A stretch of DNA of 64,000 nt from NCBI GenBank assembly GCA_963806185.1, contig CAWDXE010000006.1, forward strand, positions 86,064-150,063, written 5' to 3'. Below are positions 53,212-62,885 of the stretch, piece by piece; the stretch's first letter is position 1, and the number at the start of each line of letters is the position of its first letter. Made by a program: the position numbers and the translations under genes. This stretch comes from an uncultured candidate division Zixibacteria bacterium (GTDB lineage Bacteria; Zixibacteria; MSB-5A5; GN15; FEB-12). The notes under the pieces are model-generated. The model did not search any database. It was not told the DNA's origin and saw nothing but the letters and a program-made list of their open reading frames with translations.

Positions 53212-54639
53212 CTACAGGTGGAAATACTCTTCGAAGGAATACCTGAACCCCTGCGGTGTAAACTCGCCGCTCTCCGTGTCCTGCACGTACGTCTGGCTAA
53301 AATCACCCGCGACAATCTTCCGAATCATCGCCACAAACGTGTCAATCTCCGCCGTCGTGTTGTACAACCCGAACGACATCCGGATCGCCCCCGGCACGTG
53401 CGAACGGTCGCGGGCGAGAATCTCCAGCTCCAGTCGCTTGGCCTCATCGTCCGTCAGATTCAATAAATTACGAATGTACGTGTGGGCACAGAAACAACCC
53501 GATCGCACCCCAATGGCTCCCTCGTACCCGAGAATCGCCGCCACCAGCGAGTGTGGCAGATTGCCCACGTTCATCGAAATCACCCCCAGCCGGTTGATCG
53601 CCTGCGCCGGATCGGTTTCTCCGTAAACCGTAACCTCGGGGATCTTCCGCAATTGCTCCAATGCATGCGCTGTCAGCTCGCGCTCATGCTCGATTATCTG
53701 TTTCCACCCCAGCGCCTGAAACATCAGGATCGCCTTCCCCAGCGCCACTACCCCCACGATGTCGGGCGTGCCGGCTTCTTCCTTATCCGGAAGATCAGTC
53801 CAGTACGCTTCTTCAATCGTTACGATATCGACCACCCCGCCGCCGACTGTATCCGGTTCGCCGATTTCGAATATCCGCTTGTCACCCACCAGCACCCCGA
53901 CGCCAAACGGCGCGTACATCTTGTGCGCGGAGAAAACGAGAAAATCGATGCGATGCAATGGATCGTGCGGCTTCATGTCGATGGGACGGTGCGGCACCAG
54001 TTGCGCCCCGTCGACCACAAACCGCGCTCCCAGCTTGTGGGTGTGTTCGGCAAAGTAATCAAGATCGTTGATGTACCCGGTCACATTCGACGCACCCGTG
54101 ATCGCCACCACTTTGATGCGTGAACCGAACTTGGCGATCTTCGCCTGAAAATCCTCGCGGCTGATCGTCCCGTCAGCGTTCAACCCGACATGCTCGACCC
54201 GTCCCACTCGCCGCCAGGGAAGTTCATTGGAATGATGTTCCATGAGCGTCGTCAGGATGATGCTCTCCCGCCCCGGGCGCAGCCGATTGGCCAGCTTGTT
54301 GATGGCGTCGGTGGTGTTTTTCGTGAAGATGACCACTTGCTGATGCAGATCGGCCCCGACAAACTTCGCCACCAGGTCGCGCGACTCTTCGTACGCCCAA
54401 CTCGAAAGCTGCGATTTGAAACCCGTGCCGCGATGTACATTGGAATACCATTTCAGAAACGACGACACCGCATCGGAGATCGGTGCAAAGGTCGGCGTCG
54501 ACGCGGCGTTATCGAAATTGACATACGTCTTCGGTCCGTGCATGGTCGGCACGACCGTGTGAGCCCCCACCATCAGGTCGGGCAGCCGATCGATCGTTAT
54601 GTCACCGCTCTGGGCGGTCGCGGCGGTCTTGGACGACAT
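53212..54639 (-). CDS. Class V PLP-dependent aminotransferase, cysteine desulfurase SufS-like
   Basis: NFDNAAST, MEHHSN, DGAQ, SAHKMYAP (PLP lysine) and RSGCFCAH motifs. Confidence 0.88.
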   Translation of the reverse strand: MSSKTAATAQSGDITIDRLPDLMVGAHTVVPTMHGPKTYVNFDNAASTPTFAPISDAVSSFLKWYSNVHRGTGFKSQLSSWAYEESRDLVAKFVGADLHQQVVIFTKNTTDAINKLANRLRPGRESIILTTLMEHHSNELPWRRVGRVEHVGLNADGTISREDFQAKIAKFGSRIKVVAITGASNVTGYINDLDYFAEHTHKLGARFVVDGAQLVPHRPIDMKPHDPLHRIDFLVFSAHKMYAPFGVGVLVGDKRIFEIGEPDTVGGGVVDIVTIEEAYWTDLPDKEEAGTPDIVGVVALGKAILMFQALGWKQIIEHERELTAHALEQLRKIPEVTVYGETDPAQAINRLGVISMNVGNLPHSLVAAILGYEGAIGVRSGCFCAHTYIRNLLNLTDDEAKRLELEILARDRSHVPGAIRMSFGLYNTTAEIDTFVAMIRKIVAGDFSQTYVQDTESGEFTPQGFRYSFEEYFHL

Positions 54640-54702
54640 AAGAATACTCCCGTCGTGTGCCGACATCGCGGTCACGATGCATGTACCAAAGTAGAGGCGA
54701 TG

Positions 54703-55914
54703 TCAGGATTTTTCCAGAAATTCCAGATACTGCGACGCCCACATCTCCCGGTGATGATACCGGGTCGCGTGCGTATGATACGATTTCCCCAGACTGTCAC
54801 CGTCGATCTTGCCCGATTTCAAGTCGAGAATCAGCTCCGTTAAGTGGCGCGGATTATCGGTTGCAAACGCCAGCGCACCGCCCGCCCGCTCAAGTTCCCG
54901 TACCGCTTCACCGTCGCGCGATCCAAACAGAATCGGGCGGCCGGAAGCCATGTACTCAAACAACTTACAGGGAAACGTACCGCGCGTTATGGGCACTTCG
55001 CGAAGACTCTCTATGAGAACGTCACTGGCCTTCAAAAAGTGAGGAATGGTCTCCAGCGGCTGTGAGCCAACGAAGCGGACATTTTCCAGACCGTACTCCG
55101 CTACCATCTGCTCAAGCTTCGCCCGCTTCTCACCCTCGCCGACAAACACGAACAGGATATCCGGGCGATCAGTCAGGTGGCGCGCCGATTCAACCAGCGT
55201 CTCCAGTTTGTGCGCCCAGCCGAGTGTCCCGGCGTACAGGATAAGATACTTGCCGTGCCACCCGAATTTGGTGCGAATACCGTTGTAATCCGCCGTCGAA
55301 AACTCCGGAGCAAACCCGGATTTGATCGTCTCCACGCGCGTCGGTTCAATGCCAAGCTGTCTGATATAGTCGGCGATACCGTCGGTGGCCGCAACAATCT
55401 TCTCCGCCTTGCGGTAGAGCGAATGCATCATCCACTTGAGCGAACGGGTGAAGACGGACTTGTTGAGATTGCCGAAATCCTCGCTTGATTCCGGCTGAAG
55501 ATCGCGAATCTCAATGACAAACCGGGCACCCCGGAACTTGCTCAATAGCCACCCGATCACCGGCGTATTCACCGGTGGCGTGGAGGCCAGCACCAGGTCA
55601 ACTTTTCCTTTGATCCGAAACGCGTTCAGAAGGGCGGTAAAAAAGAACACGGCGAATCCGATCATCCGCCGAGTAGGGTGACGATTCGAGGCCGGTAGGA
55701 CCCAGCTTCGGAATACCCGTACCCCTTCCATCTCCTCGTAATAGAACAGCTTACCACGATACTTCTCGGGTACTATGCCATCCGGGTAGTTCGGCATAGC
55801 CGTGAGTACTGACACCTGATGGCCTTGCCGCACGAAGAAACGGGCAAATTCATATAGCCGCCGAACCGCTCCGCGTTCTGGCGGAAAATGTTGTGTGACA
55901 ATCAGTATGTGCAT
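54703..55914 (-). CDS. GT4 glycosyltransferase (WbuB-like)
   Basis: ILIVTQHFPPE, MPNYPDG, EIRDL, YAGTLG and KLFEYMASGRP motifs. Confidence 0.92.
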   Translation of the reverse strand: MHILIVTQHFPPERGAVRRLYEFARFFVRQGHQVSVLTAMPNYPDGIVPEKYRGKLFYYEEMEGVRVFRSWVLPASNRHPTRRMIGFAVFFFTALLNAFRIKGKVDLVLASTPPVNTPVIGWLLSKFRGARFVIEIRDLQPESSEDFGNLNKSVFTRSLKWMMHSLYRKAEKIVAATDGIADYIRQLGIEPTRVETIKSGFAPEFSTADYNGIRTKFGWHGKYLILYAGTLGWAHKLETLVESARHLTDRPDILFVFVGEGEKRAKLEQMVAEYGLENVRFVGSQPLETIPHFLKASDVLIESLREVPITRGTFPCKLFEYMASGRPILFGSRDGEAVRELERAGGALAFATDNPRHLTELILDLKSGKIDGDSLGKSYHTHATRYHHREMWASQYLEFLEKS

Positions 55915-56111
55915 ACAATGTCAAGAATTGTACCTCTTTTTGCCCCTGCAAGCAATAATTTTGTTCGCGCCTCCGGCTTTTTTTGACCGCCGTTCCCAAT
56001 TAACTTGACAAAGCCCCTCGTGATTTTTTTCATTTGCGCCAGTGCTATTGCGGAATTTGTACACTACATTTGTGTATAAAGGACCAAAGACATCTTAGGA
56101 GGTTGTTGTTC

Positions 56112-56624
56112 ATGAGACTTGCCAAACTCTCTCTCATCATCCTGGCCTTGGCGGCGATTCTTGCCTCGATTGCCATCGCCCAGGAAAAGCCGAAGGCCAC
56201 CATCGTTGGCCCGGAAAAATGCAAAATGTGCCATAAGGCTGAATTCACTGCGTGGTCTGCCACCAAGCATGCCAAGGCCTTCGACGCGCTGAAGCCCGAA
56301 GAACAAGCCAAGGCCGAATGCGTCGGCTGCCACGTTACTGGTAAGACGGCCGAAGGCGTTGCGGTGAACGGCGTGACTTGCGAAGCCTGCCACGGCGCCG
56401 GCTCGGAGTACAAGAAGCCGACTATCATGTCAGCGGCCAAATGGAAAGCCGAACCTGACAAGTACAAAAAGATGGCTCTGGAAGCCGGCCTCGTTATGCC
56501 GACTGAAGCCACCTGCAAGAACTGCCATAAGGCTGAAGGAAACGCGAACTTCAAGGAACGCGATTTCAAGGCCCTGATGAGCCAGGTTCACGCGGTCAAG
56601 GCGGAAGCCCCGGCCACGAAGTAA
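56112..56624 (+). CDS. Periplasmic tetraheme cytochrome c (c554-like)
   Basis: Signal peptide; four CxxCH motifs (CKMCH, CVGCH, CEACH, CKNCH); AGGAGG RBS. Confidence 0.9.
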   Translation: MRLAKLSLIILALAAILASIAIAQEKPKATIVGPEKCKMCHKAEFTAWSATKHAKAFDALKPEEQAKAECVGCHVTGKTAEGVAVNGVTCEACHGAGSEYKKPTIMSAAKWKAEPDKYKKMALEAGLVMPTEATCKNCHKAEGNANFKERDFKALMSQVHAVKAEAPATK

Positions 56625-56653
56625 GACGAACTGACAAGTTGAAATAGCACGCA

Positions 56654-56684
56654 GCGGCTCGCGCAAGCGAGCCGCTCTTATTTT
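56654..56684 (+). terminator. Rho-independent terminator
   Basis: GCGGCTCGC-GCAA-GCGAGCCGC followed by TCTTATTTT. Confidence 0.75.
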
Positions 56685-56794
56685 GCCGACTGTGGTCGGT
56701 GATATCGTCTTCCGGCTGTGTTGCAATCATTGACCCACATAATGTATATTTACCGCAACGCCATGTCACCCGACACACAGGAGGATTGCCCGCT

Positions 56795-57208
56795 ATGGCC
56801 GAACTGAAAACCAGAGCCACGACCGCCAGTGTCGCGAAATTTCTTGCCGCCATTACCGATGAGGGCCGCCGCAAGGACGGCCGGAAGATCGCCGTCATGA
56901 TGGAAAAGATCACGCGCGCCAAACCGAAAATGTGGGGGCCGAGTATCGTCGGATTCGGCGAGTATAAATATACCTACGCCGACGGGCGTGAACTGGATTG
57001 GCCAATGGTCGGCTTCTCACCGCGCAAGCAGGCCATTTCCATCTACCTGATGGGTGGATTGCAGCATCAGGCCAAATGGCTCAAAAAGCTGGGCAAGCAC
57101 AAGACCGGCAAAGGGTGCCTGTACGTCAATCGGCTCGCCGACATTGATTTCGAGGTCCTGACAGCGATGGTGAAAGCATCGGTGGCAAAGATGAAAGCGC
57201 GTTTGTGA
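56795..57208 (+). CDS. DUF1801 (YdhG-like) domain protein
   Basis: PKMWGPSIVGFG.Y.Y..ADGR..VGFSPRK..LGKHKTGKGCLY; AGGAGG RBS. Confidence 0.88.
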   Translation: MAELKTRATTASVAKFLAAITDEGRRKDGRKIAVMMEKITRAKPKMWGPSIVGFGEYKYTYADGRELDWPMVGFSPRKQAISIYLMGGLQHQAKWLKKLGKHKTGKGCLYVNRLADIDFEVLTAMVKASVAKMKARL

Positions 57209-57326
57209 TTTACGTTTGGATAACCTGCAAACATCAACACCGCAAAGCCACCGCACTATGGCATTTTCCTGCGGCAGCCGACAACCGACCATTATCTCGT
57301 TGATGAACGCCGATTGAGATGAAACC

Positions 57327-57812
57327 TCAGGCGTAATTGGTCATCATCTCCGATATCATGCGCATGTGACCCGCCTCGAATTTCGCCAACTGCTCGAACA
57401 TCTTCTTCCCCTCGGTCTGATCCATGATCTTCGCCTGACCGTCAAACAGGTCATGCGCTTCCTTCTCGAGCTGATAGGCAAGATCGAGAATCTGCTTCAC
57501 CGTCGTCGTCTTCGCCAATTGGCTGAGCAAATCACGATGCACGGCCGACATATCCTCCGTGATCTCCGGCAGCCCGGGCATTTTGAGAATGTCCGCCGTA
57601 CTGATCCACTTCTCACTTCGGTTCAGCGAATCGTACTGACGTTCCAGCACGTGAAAATGGTCCTTCTCTTCATGCGCCAGCTTCTCCAGTATGGTCTTGA
57701 ACGCGGCCGACTGACTCTTCTTAGCCGCCGCGACATAGAAGACATAACTCGCTACCTCGGACTTAATTCCCGCTGTGAGAGCATCCAGAATCTGTCGACT
57801 AACCGGGGTCAT
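57327..57812 (-). CDS. Ferritin-like/rubrerythrin family diiron protein
   Basis: E..SY.FY, EEKDH, E.EAH.LF and EAGH motifs in two helical pairs. Confidence 0.85.
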   Translation of the reverse strand: MTPVSRQILDALTAGIKSEVASYVFYVAAAKKSQSAAFKTILEKLAHEEKDHFHVLERQYDSLNRSEKWISTADILKMPGLPEITEDMSAVHRDLLSQLAKTTTVKQILDLAYQLEKEAHDLFDGQAKIMDQTEGKKMFEQLAKFEAGHMRMISEMMTNYA

Positions 57813-58077
57813 ATCTGCTTCCTCTATGATCAAATGCCAAATCTTCTATCTCTTACCGGCCGCCCGGCAAACACCACCAACTAAGTTATCTTTTTCACAA
57901 GCGATGTCAACAGAATTGTGGCGCTCAATCTTCGACGCCGCTGCTTTCCCTTGCGTCCGTTCGGCTCATGTGCTAATATGTCTCTATTAGGTCAAAGTGA
58001 CCAACCCTGCGCTCATTCAAGCCGGGGACTAAACGTCTAATGCCATCCTCCAGGCGTGTGCATGCTCCGGGAATGGT

Positions 58078-60354
58078 ATGCCGCAGATCAGAGTTCGGAT
58101 CCGATTCAGTTGTCGCAGCAGATGCGTGCTCGCGCTGGTGTATGCGCTTTTATGGCTCACGGCGCCGACGAGTACATATGCCCAATCCTGCTGTGAAAGC
58201 GCCACCGGCAACCTCGATTGTGAAGAGATGTCCATTCCCGACATCGCCGACCTCACCATCCTCGTCGATCACCTCTTCCTCACCTTCACCCCGCTCTGCT
58301 GTGAGGCCGAGGGGAATGTCGATGGCAGCGCCGACGGCGTGATTGACATCGCCGATCTCCAGGCCCTGATCGAGAATCTCTTTATCAGTTTTGCGGAGAC
58401 CTCGCCGTGCGATATGGAACGCGTCGTAACCGACTCGACCCGGCTGGCGATCGTCCGTATCGTTGCCCCGGTCGCAGACTCATTACTGCGTCACAGTCTC
58501 CACTTTGGTGAAGACCTGCGCGATTTTCTTTCCACCATCCCCCGATTCGAAGCGACCGGGTACGACACGGCCACACAGAGCGTATGGGGAAGGTTCGTCG
58601 ACGGCACGCTTTATGTCGCCGTCGACAATTTTGCGCCTTCCACTGACAGCGGTATGTCGACGCTCATATCATCTGCCTCGACGCCTCCGCGCGTGTCATC
58701 ACCGCCAGGAATGGCATCCATCGCGAAACGTACAAACACTGCTCCCGCCGGCCTGCCCTGGTCGACCTCCGTGCGCTCACTGGTCACGCTCGACAGCACT
58801 TTTCGGCCCGGCAATGAGGCGATTGAGACTATGCTCCAGGCCAACGGCTACACCGTTGTTTCGCGCGATGCGTCCGTCGACGGACTGCTTCACGTGGGGG
58901 GCGATGGCGTTTTCTATTTTATGACTCACGGCGGCCACGCACACTTGCGCTATGGTCGGGAGACCTTTGCCCTGGAGACCACGACACTCTGTACGGAGTC
59001 AACCGTTGCCGTCTATCACACGGGGCTGGAAACAGGTTCCCTGGCGATCATGCAGGTGATGGATCGCGCGCGCCTTACTTCTCAGCTGCGCTTAGCCATC
59101 ACCACCGATTTCGTGATTGCCCACTGGAATGACTTCGCCCCCAACGCGATGGTCTTCATCAACACCGGCGGCATTCTCGCTCCGCAGGGTTTGTCCCTTC
59201 GGGAGATTCTTTTCGAAAAGAAAGCGTCCGCGTGTTTCGGTTGGACCGGCCCGATCGGTGCTGATGCCGCCAATTTCGTCGCCTCATTCTTGTTTGATCG
59301 CCTGCTCGGCGCCAACGAAATCGAACCAAAAGAAACTCCGGCCCAACGTGCCTTCGACTATCAGCACATCTATCAGGATCTCGTCTCACGCGCTTTGCAT
59401 CAATACACCCCCGGCGACAAAACTCCGGGTACGACAACATTTCAGGTTGATGCCGGCCCCGGCGATTTCGGCCTGCTCACACCAAGCATCCGCCGGCTAT
59501 CGATCGACGCTCATGACGTCATGTCAGTGACCGGCTTCTGCGGAGACAATCCCGGCGCCGCAGGACGCCTGCTCGTGAATGACACATCGCTCCCGGTGTT
59601 GTCGTGGGAACCGGGTCTCATTCGCGTGCAACTGCCCGACTCCGGCCTTGGCGCCGTTGGCCCGGTCGCCATCGAGATCGATCCCCGCTCAAACGGCGGC
59701 GCAACACCCGCCATTCGTCGAAGCAACATTGTTCACCTCACCGCGTGGGAAGGCTCTATGACCTACACCCATACCGATCTCGGCACTCTCAAGTACACGA
59801 TCGATTCAGACATCCGCCTTCGCGCCGATCTGCATCCGTACCGCGACGAACCGCATACCGTTCCCCTTCTTCCACCTGTCGACGTCGTTGGATCGCTGGC
59901 CACAAGCGCCGACATATCCGCCGCCGGCACACACACGATGACCACGGGAGATTCTTCGATCACCATCAAATGGTCGGGCGGCTGCACGGTGCCGGCCGCT
60001 GCAATCGAATCGGCTGACGGTCAGTTTGTTGCCGGTGTGTTTGATGCACAGAACTACTTGCTGAACTTGCGACTTTCCATGAATGGCGCCGATAGTTGCA
60101 TCACCGCCACCACCCTGCTTAATTCCGGCGATTCAACGCACCGCTTCCTCACCGCCACAATCGATTCCACTATATATGATGATAAACCAGGTCTGATTTT
60201 TCACCTGCCCTTGGAAGTTAATTGGGATATTCAGTCCGGAATTCGCCAAAGCATTGTTCCGTCACTCGTTGACCCATCGAAATCCATGAGCATCAGGCTC
60301 CAGTGGAACACGCTTTCAGCCCAGTACCCTCCGCACCCTGACGCTCCCCGGTAG
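58078..60354 (+). CDS. Secreted hypothetical protein with an N-terminal dockerin-like domain, an alpha/beta central domain and an IPT/TIG-like domain
   Basis: Signal peptide; CC..TGNLDC..PDIADLTILVDHLF..EGNVDGSADGVIDIADL..LIENLFI; later VLSWEPGLIRVQLP. Confidence 0.75.
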   Translation: MPQIRVRIRFSCRSRCVLALVYALLWLTAPTSTYAQSCCESATGNLDCEEMSIPDIADLTILVDHLFLTFTPLCCEAEGNVDGSADGVIDIADLQALIENLFISFAETSPCDMERVVTDSTRLAIVRIVAPVADSLLRHSLHFGEDLRDFLSTIPRFEATGYDTATQSVWGRFVDGTLYVAVDNFAPSTDSGMSTLISSASTPPRVSSPPGMASIAKRTNTAPAGLPWSTSVRSLVTLDSTFRPGNEAIETMLQANGYTVVSRDASVDGLLHVGGDGVFYFMTHGGHAHLRYGRETFALETTTLCTESTVAVYHTGLETGSLAIMQVMDRARLTSQLRLAITTDFVIAHWNDFAPNAMVFINTGGILAPQGLSLREILFEKKASACFGWTGPIGADAANFVASFLFDRLLGANEIEPKETPAQRAFDYQHIYQDLVSRALHQYTPGDKTPGTTTFQVDAGPGDFGLLTPSIRRLSIDAHDVMSVTGFCGDNPGAAGRLLVNDTSLPVLSWEPGLIRVQLPDSGLGAVGPVAIEIDPRSNGGATPAIRRSNIVHLTAWEGSMTYTHTDLGTLKYTIDSDIRLRADLHPYRDEPHTVPLLPPVDVVGSLATSADISAAGTHTMTTGDSSITIKWSGGCTVPAAAIESADGQFVAGVFDAQNYLLNLRLSMNGADSCITATTLLNSGDSTHRFLTATIDSTIYDDKPGLIFHLPLEVNWDIQSGIRQSIVPSLVDPSKSMSIRLQWNTLSAQYPPHPDAPR

Positions 60355-60399
60355 CATATTCCGCTTGCCAGCCGGTACGCCGGCAATCATACTCCATAT

Positions 60400-61096
60400 A
60401 TGCCAACGGATTTAGCAGCGAACCTTCTGCGAGATTGAACGTCAAATCACCGACGCCTGCGTTACGGCCCGTCGTAACCGCGACGCGGTCACCATCATCG
60501 CCATCACCAAGACTCACCCCGCGACCGTCATCACCGACGCCGTTAATTTGGGATTGCCCGATATCGGCGAAAGCCGCGTGCAGGAAGCGGAAGAAAAGTT
60601 CGCGCAGATCGGCCACATCGGCCGGTATCATCTGGTCGGGCATCTGCAGAGCAACAAGGTGAAAAAGGCGGTGCAGCTATTCGATGTCATCCATTCGGTC
60701 GATTCGCTCAAGCTGGCCGAAGAGATCAGCAAGCGCGCCGCTGAACAAGACAAGACGATAGACTGCCTCATCGAAGTCAACACTTCAGAAGAGCCGCAAA
60801 AGCACGGTGTCCAGCCGACCGAGGCGGTCGCCCTCATCCGCGAGATTTTCCCCCTCCCACATCTCCGGCTGGTTGGATTAATGACCGTCGGCCCCCTGAC
60901 TGACAATGCCGATCGGATTCGGGATGCTTTCCGGATGCTCCGGCACCTGCTCTTCCACGGCCAGGACATTGCCGGACCGCAATTTAGCGAACTTTCCATG
61001 GGTATGTCGGGCGACTTTGACCTGGCTATTCAGGAAGGCGCCACCATGATCCGTCTCGGTACCGCCCTTTTCGGCGCTCGCGAACCGCAAGTCTGA
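60400..61096 (+). CDS. yggS: PLP homeostasis protein YggS/PLPBP (indel near 60428)
   Basis: AITKTHP, GESRVQE, HLVGHLQSNK, HSVDS, LSMGMSGDF and IRLGTALFG motifs; ATG 60400 is one base out of frame. Confidence 0.92.
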
Positions 61097-61263
61097 CACT
61101 CCCCGATTCACGCTAAGAACCGATCTTTTTTGGAGTTGGCGGTTAACTTTGCCCGTCCCCTGTTCGATAACTAGAGGGTAGCGGCCGATTGAGCTGATTA
61201 GTGTTTGCACAGCCAGAGCGCCGGAAAACCAGGGAGTCTATGCCCGCAACCAGTGAGACGCGT

Positions 61264-62283
61264 ATGGAGCTAACACCCAACGATATCCGTAATCTTGAGT
61301 TCGCGAATTCCCTTCGCGGCTACGACAAGGACGCCGTCGATACCTTCAAAGAGCAGGTCGCTCGGGCGCTTGAAACCGTCAAGCAGGAAAATGTCAAATT
61401 GAACATGGAACTGGAATCCCTGCGGATCCAGGTCGCCGGCATCAAACAATTCGAGGACACCATTAAGAGCGCGGCCATCGATTCCCGCCGCAACGCCGAC
61501 ATGCTGTTGGCAAACGCCCGCAAGGAGGCCGAGCAGCTTGTCACCGCGGCGAAAGCCGAAGCTGAGAAACTGATGGCTTCGCGCAGCGACCGCATGCATG
61601 ACATCGAACAGCGCCTCCAGAATCTAGATCTGGTCAGAAAATCCTATGTCGCCAAACTGCGCGGCATGATACAGTCGCACATGGAACTGGTCAACGAGAT
61701 CGCTCGCGAGTCGGCGACGCCCATGACGACGCAATTACGAGAGCATCGCCGCGAAGATAACATCGACATTACCGAATCTACCGAGGTCCGCCGCGCCATG
61801 CGCGAGACCGTCGCCACTCAGCCGTCAACGTCCGATGCGCCGGTACTCGAGGAAGCCAACGCCGCCGGCAATATCATTGCCGCCGTCCACCAGGCGACGG
61901 AAGAAATCCAGTCGCTTACCAAGACGTTGCGGGGCGAGGATGATCCGTCGGTCGATCCCGAACTGGCCGCCGCTCTGGAGAACTACAACAAAGTAGCACA
62001 GTCGCAAGGCGCCGATGGCACCAAGAAGCGGGCCAAAGACACCCAGCCGATTCCGATCTCTGAAAATGCCCTGGGTCGCGTGACGACTATCAACAACGAG
62101 CAGGTCCTTGAGGAACCGGATCACGCGCATCCGACAGAAGAACACGACAGTCAGACCGAACACAACTCGATCAATATCGATCAACCGATAGCCGCCAATC
62201 CGGTGGCCGACAGTCTGGCGCGCGAACTCGACGAGGTCGCGGCCAAGTTCGAAGAGGAAATGGACAAAGCGGACAAGGTCTGA
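61264..62283 (+). CDS. divIVA: DivIVA domain protein with a long acidic C-terminal extension
   Basis: LTPNDIRNLEF..SLRGYDKDAVDTF followed by coiled coil; lies directly after yggS. Confidence 0.85.
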   Translation: MELTPNDIRNLEFANSLRGYDKDAVDTFKEQVARALETVKQENVKLNMELESLRIQVAGIKQFEDTIKSAAIDSRRNADMLLANARKEAEQLVTAAKAEAEKLMASRSDRMHDIEQRLQNLDLVRKSYVAKLRGMIQSHMELVNEIARESATPMTTQLREHRREDNIDITESTEVRRAMRETVATQPSTSDAPVLEEANAAGNIIAAVHQATEEIQSLTKTLRGEDDPSVDPELAAALENYNKVAQSQGADGTKKRAKDTQPIPISENALGRVTTINNEQVLEEPDHAHPTEEHDSQTEHNSINIDQPIAANPVADSLARELDEVAAKFEEEMDKADKV

Positions 62284-62304
62284 GCCACACATTGCAGAAC
62301 ACAC

Positions 62305-62341
62305 AAAGCCGCCCGGCCTGCACCCGGCGGCTTTCTTATTT
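62305..62341 (+). terminator. Rho-independent terminator
   Basis: AAAGCCGCC...GGCGGCTTT followed by CTTATTT. Confidence 0.65.
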
Positions 62342-62359
62342 GCACGCCAGTCGACACTT

Positions 62360-62865
62360 TGTCATCGTGAATCATTCCCCGCTTCGTCATCCTGAATCAT
62401 CCTCCCGCCTCGTCATCCTGAATCATTCCTATGATTCAGGATCTCAATGTTCACCGAATCGCCAAACAAGTCATCCCCGCCCTCCCATTTGTCATTCCCG
62501 CGAAAGCGGGAATCCAGGGTAGGGATTAGCCGGTCCGTGACCTCGTCGGTGATGCTGTAGAGACTCTGCAAACACCCCACCGCGTAGACGGTGGGGTCCG
62601 GATGGAGGACGAGGCTGGCGCACGAGGCGTACGCCAGCCATGGGATGAAGAGAGCTGAGAGATTGCCACGGCGCGAAACGCGCCTCGCAATGACTGCGAC
62701 GAGATAATGGAGCGAGCAGGGAAAGTACGTGATAAACGAAAGTGTTAAGATTGCTTCGTCGCGTTGGGAAACGCTCCTCGCAATGAGTATTGATGCGGTA
62801 CGTCGCACTGCCCAGGACCTGACTCTACGAAGATGGCCGGCGCACGAGACGTACGCCGGCCACCG
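62360..62865. repeat. Mosaic REP cluster
   Basis: Three GTCATC(C/G)TGAATCAT starts, GTCATTCCCGCGAAAGCGGGAATCCAG, CCCCACCG..CGGTGGGG, GAGATTGCCACG..TCGCAATGAC and GCCGGCGCACGAGACGTACGCCGGCCAC. Confidence 0.8.
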
Positions 62866-62885
62866 AAATCAATCGCTCTTCATCC

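Noticed and set aside
53212-54639. SufS-like gene as encapsulin cargo linked to the capsid-like ORF
   Set aside because: It lies 14 kb away, lacks a long disordered targeting N-terminus and has no adjacent shell gene.
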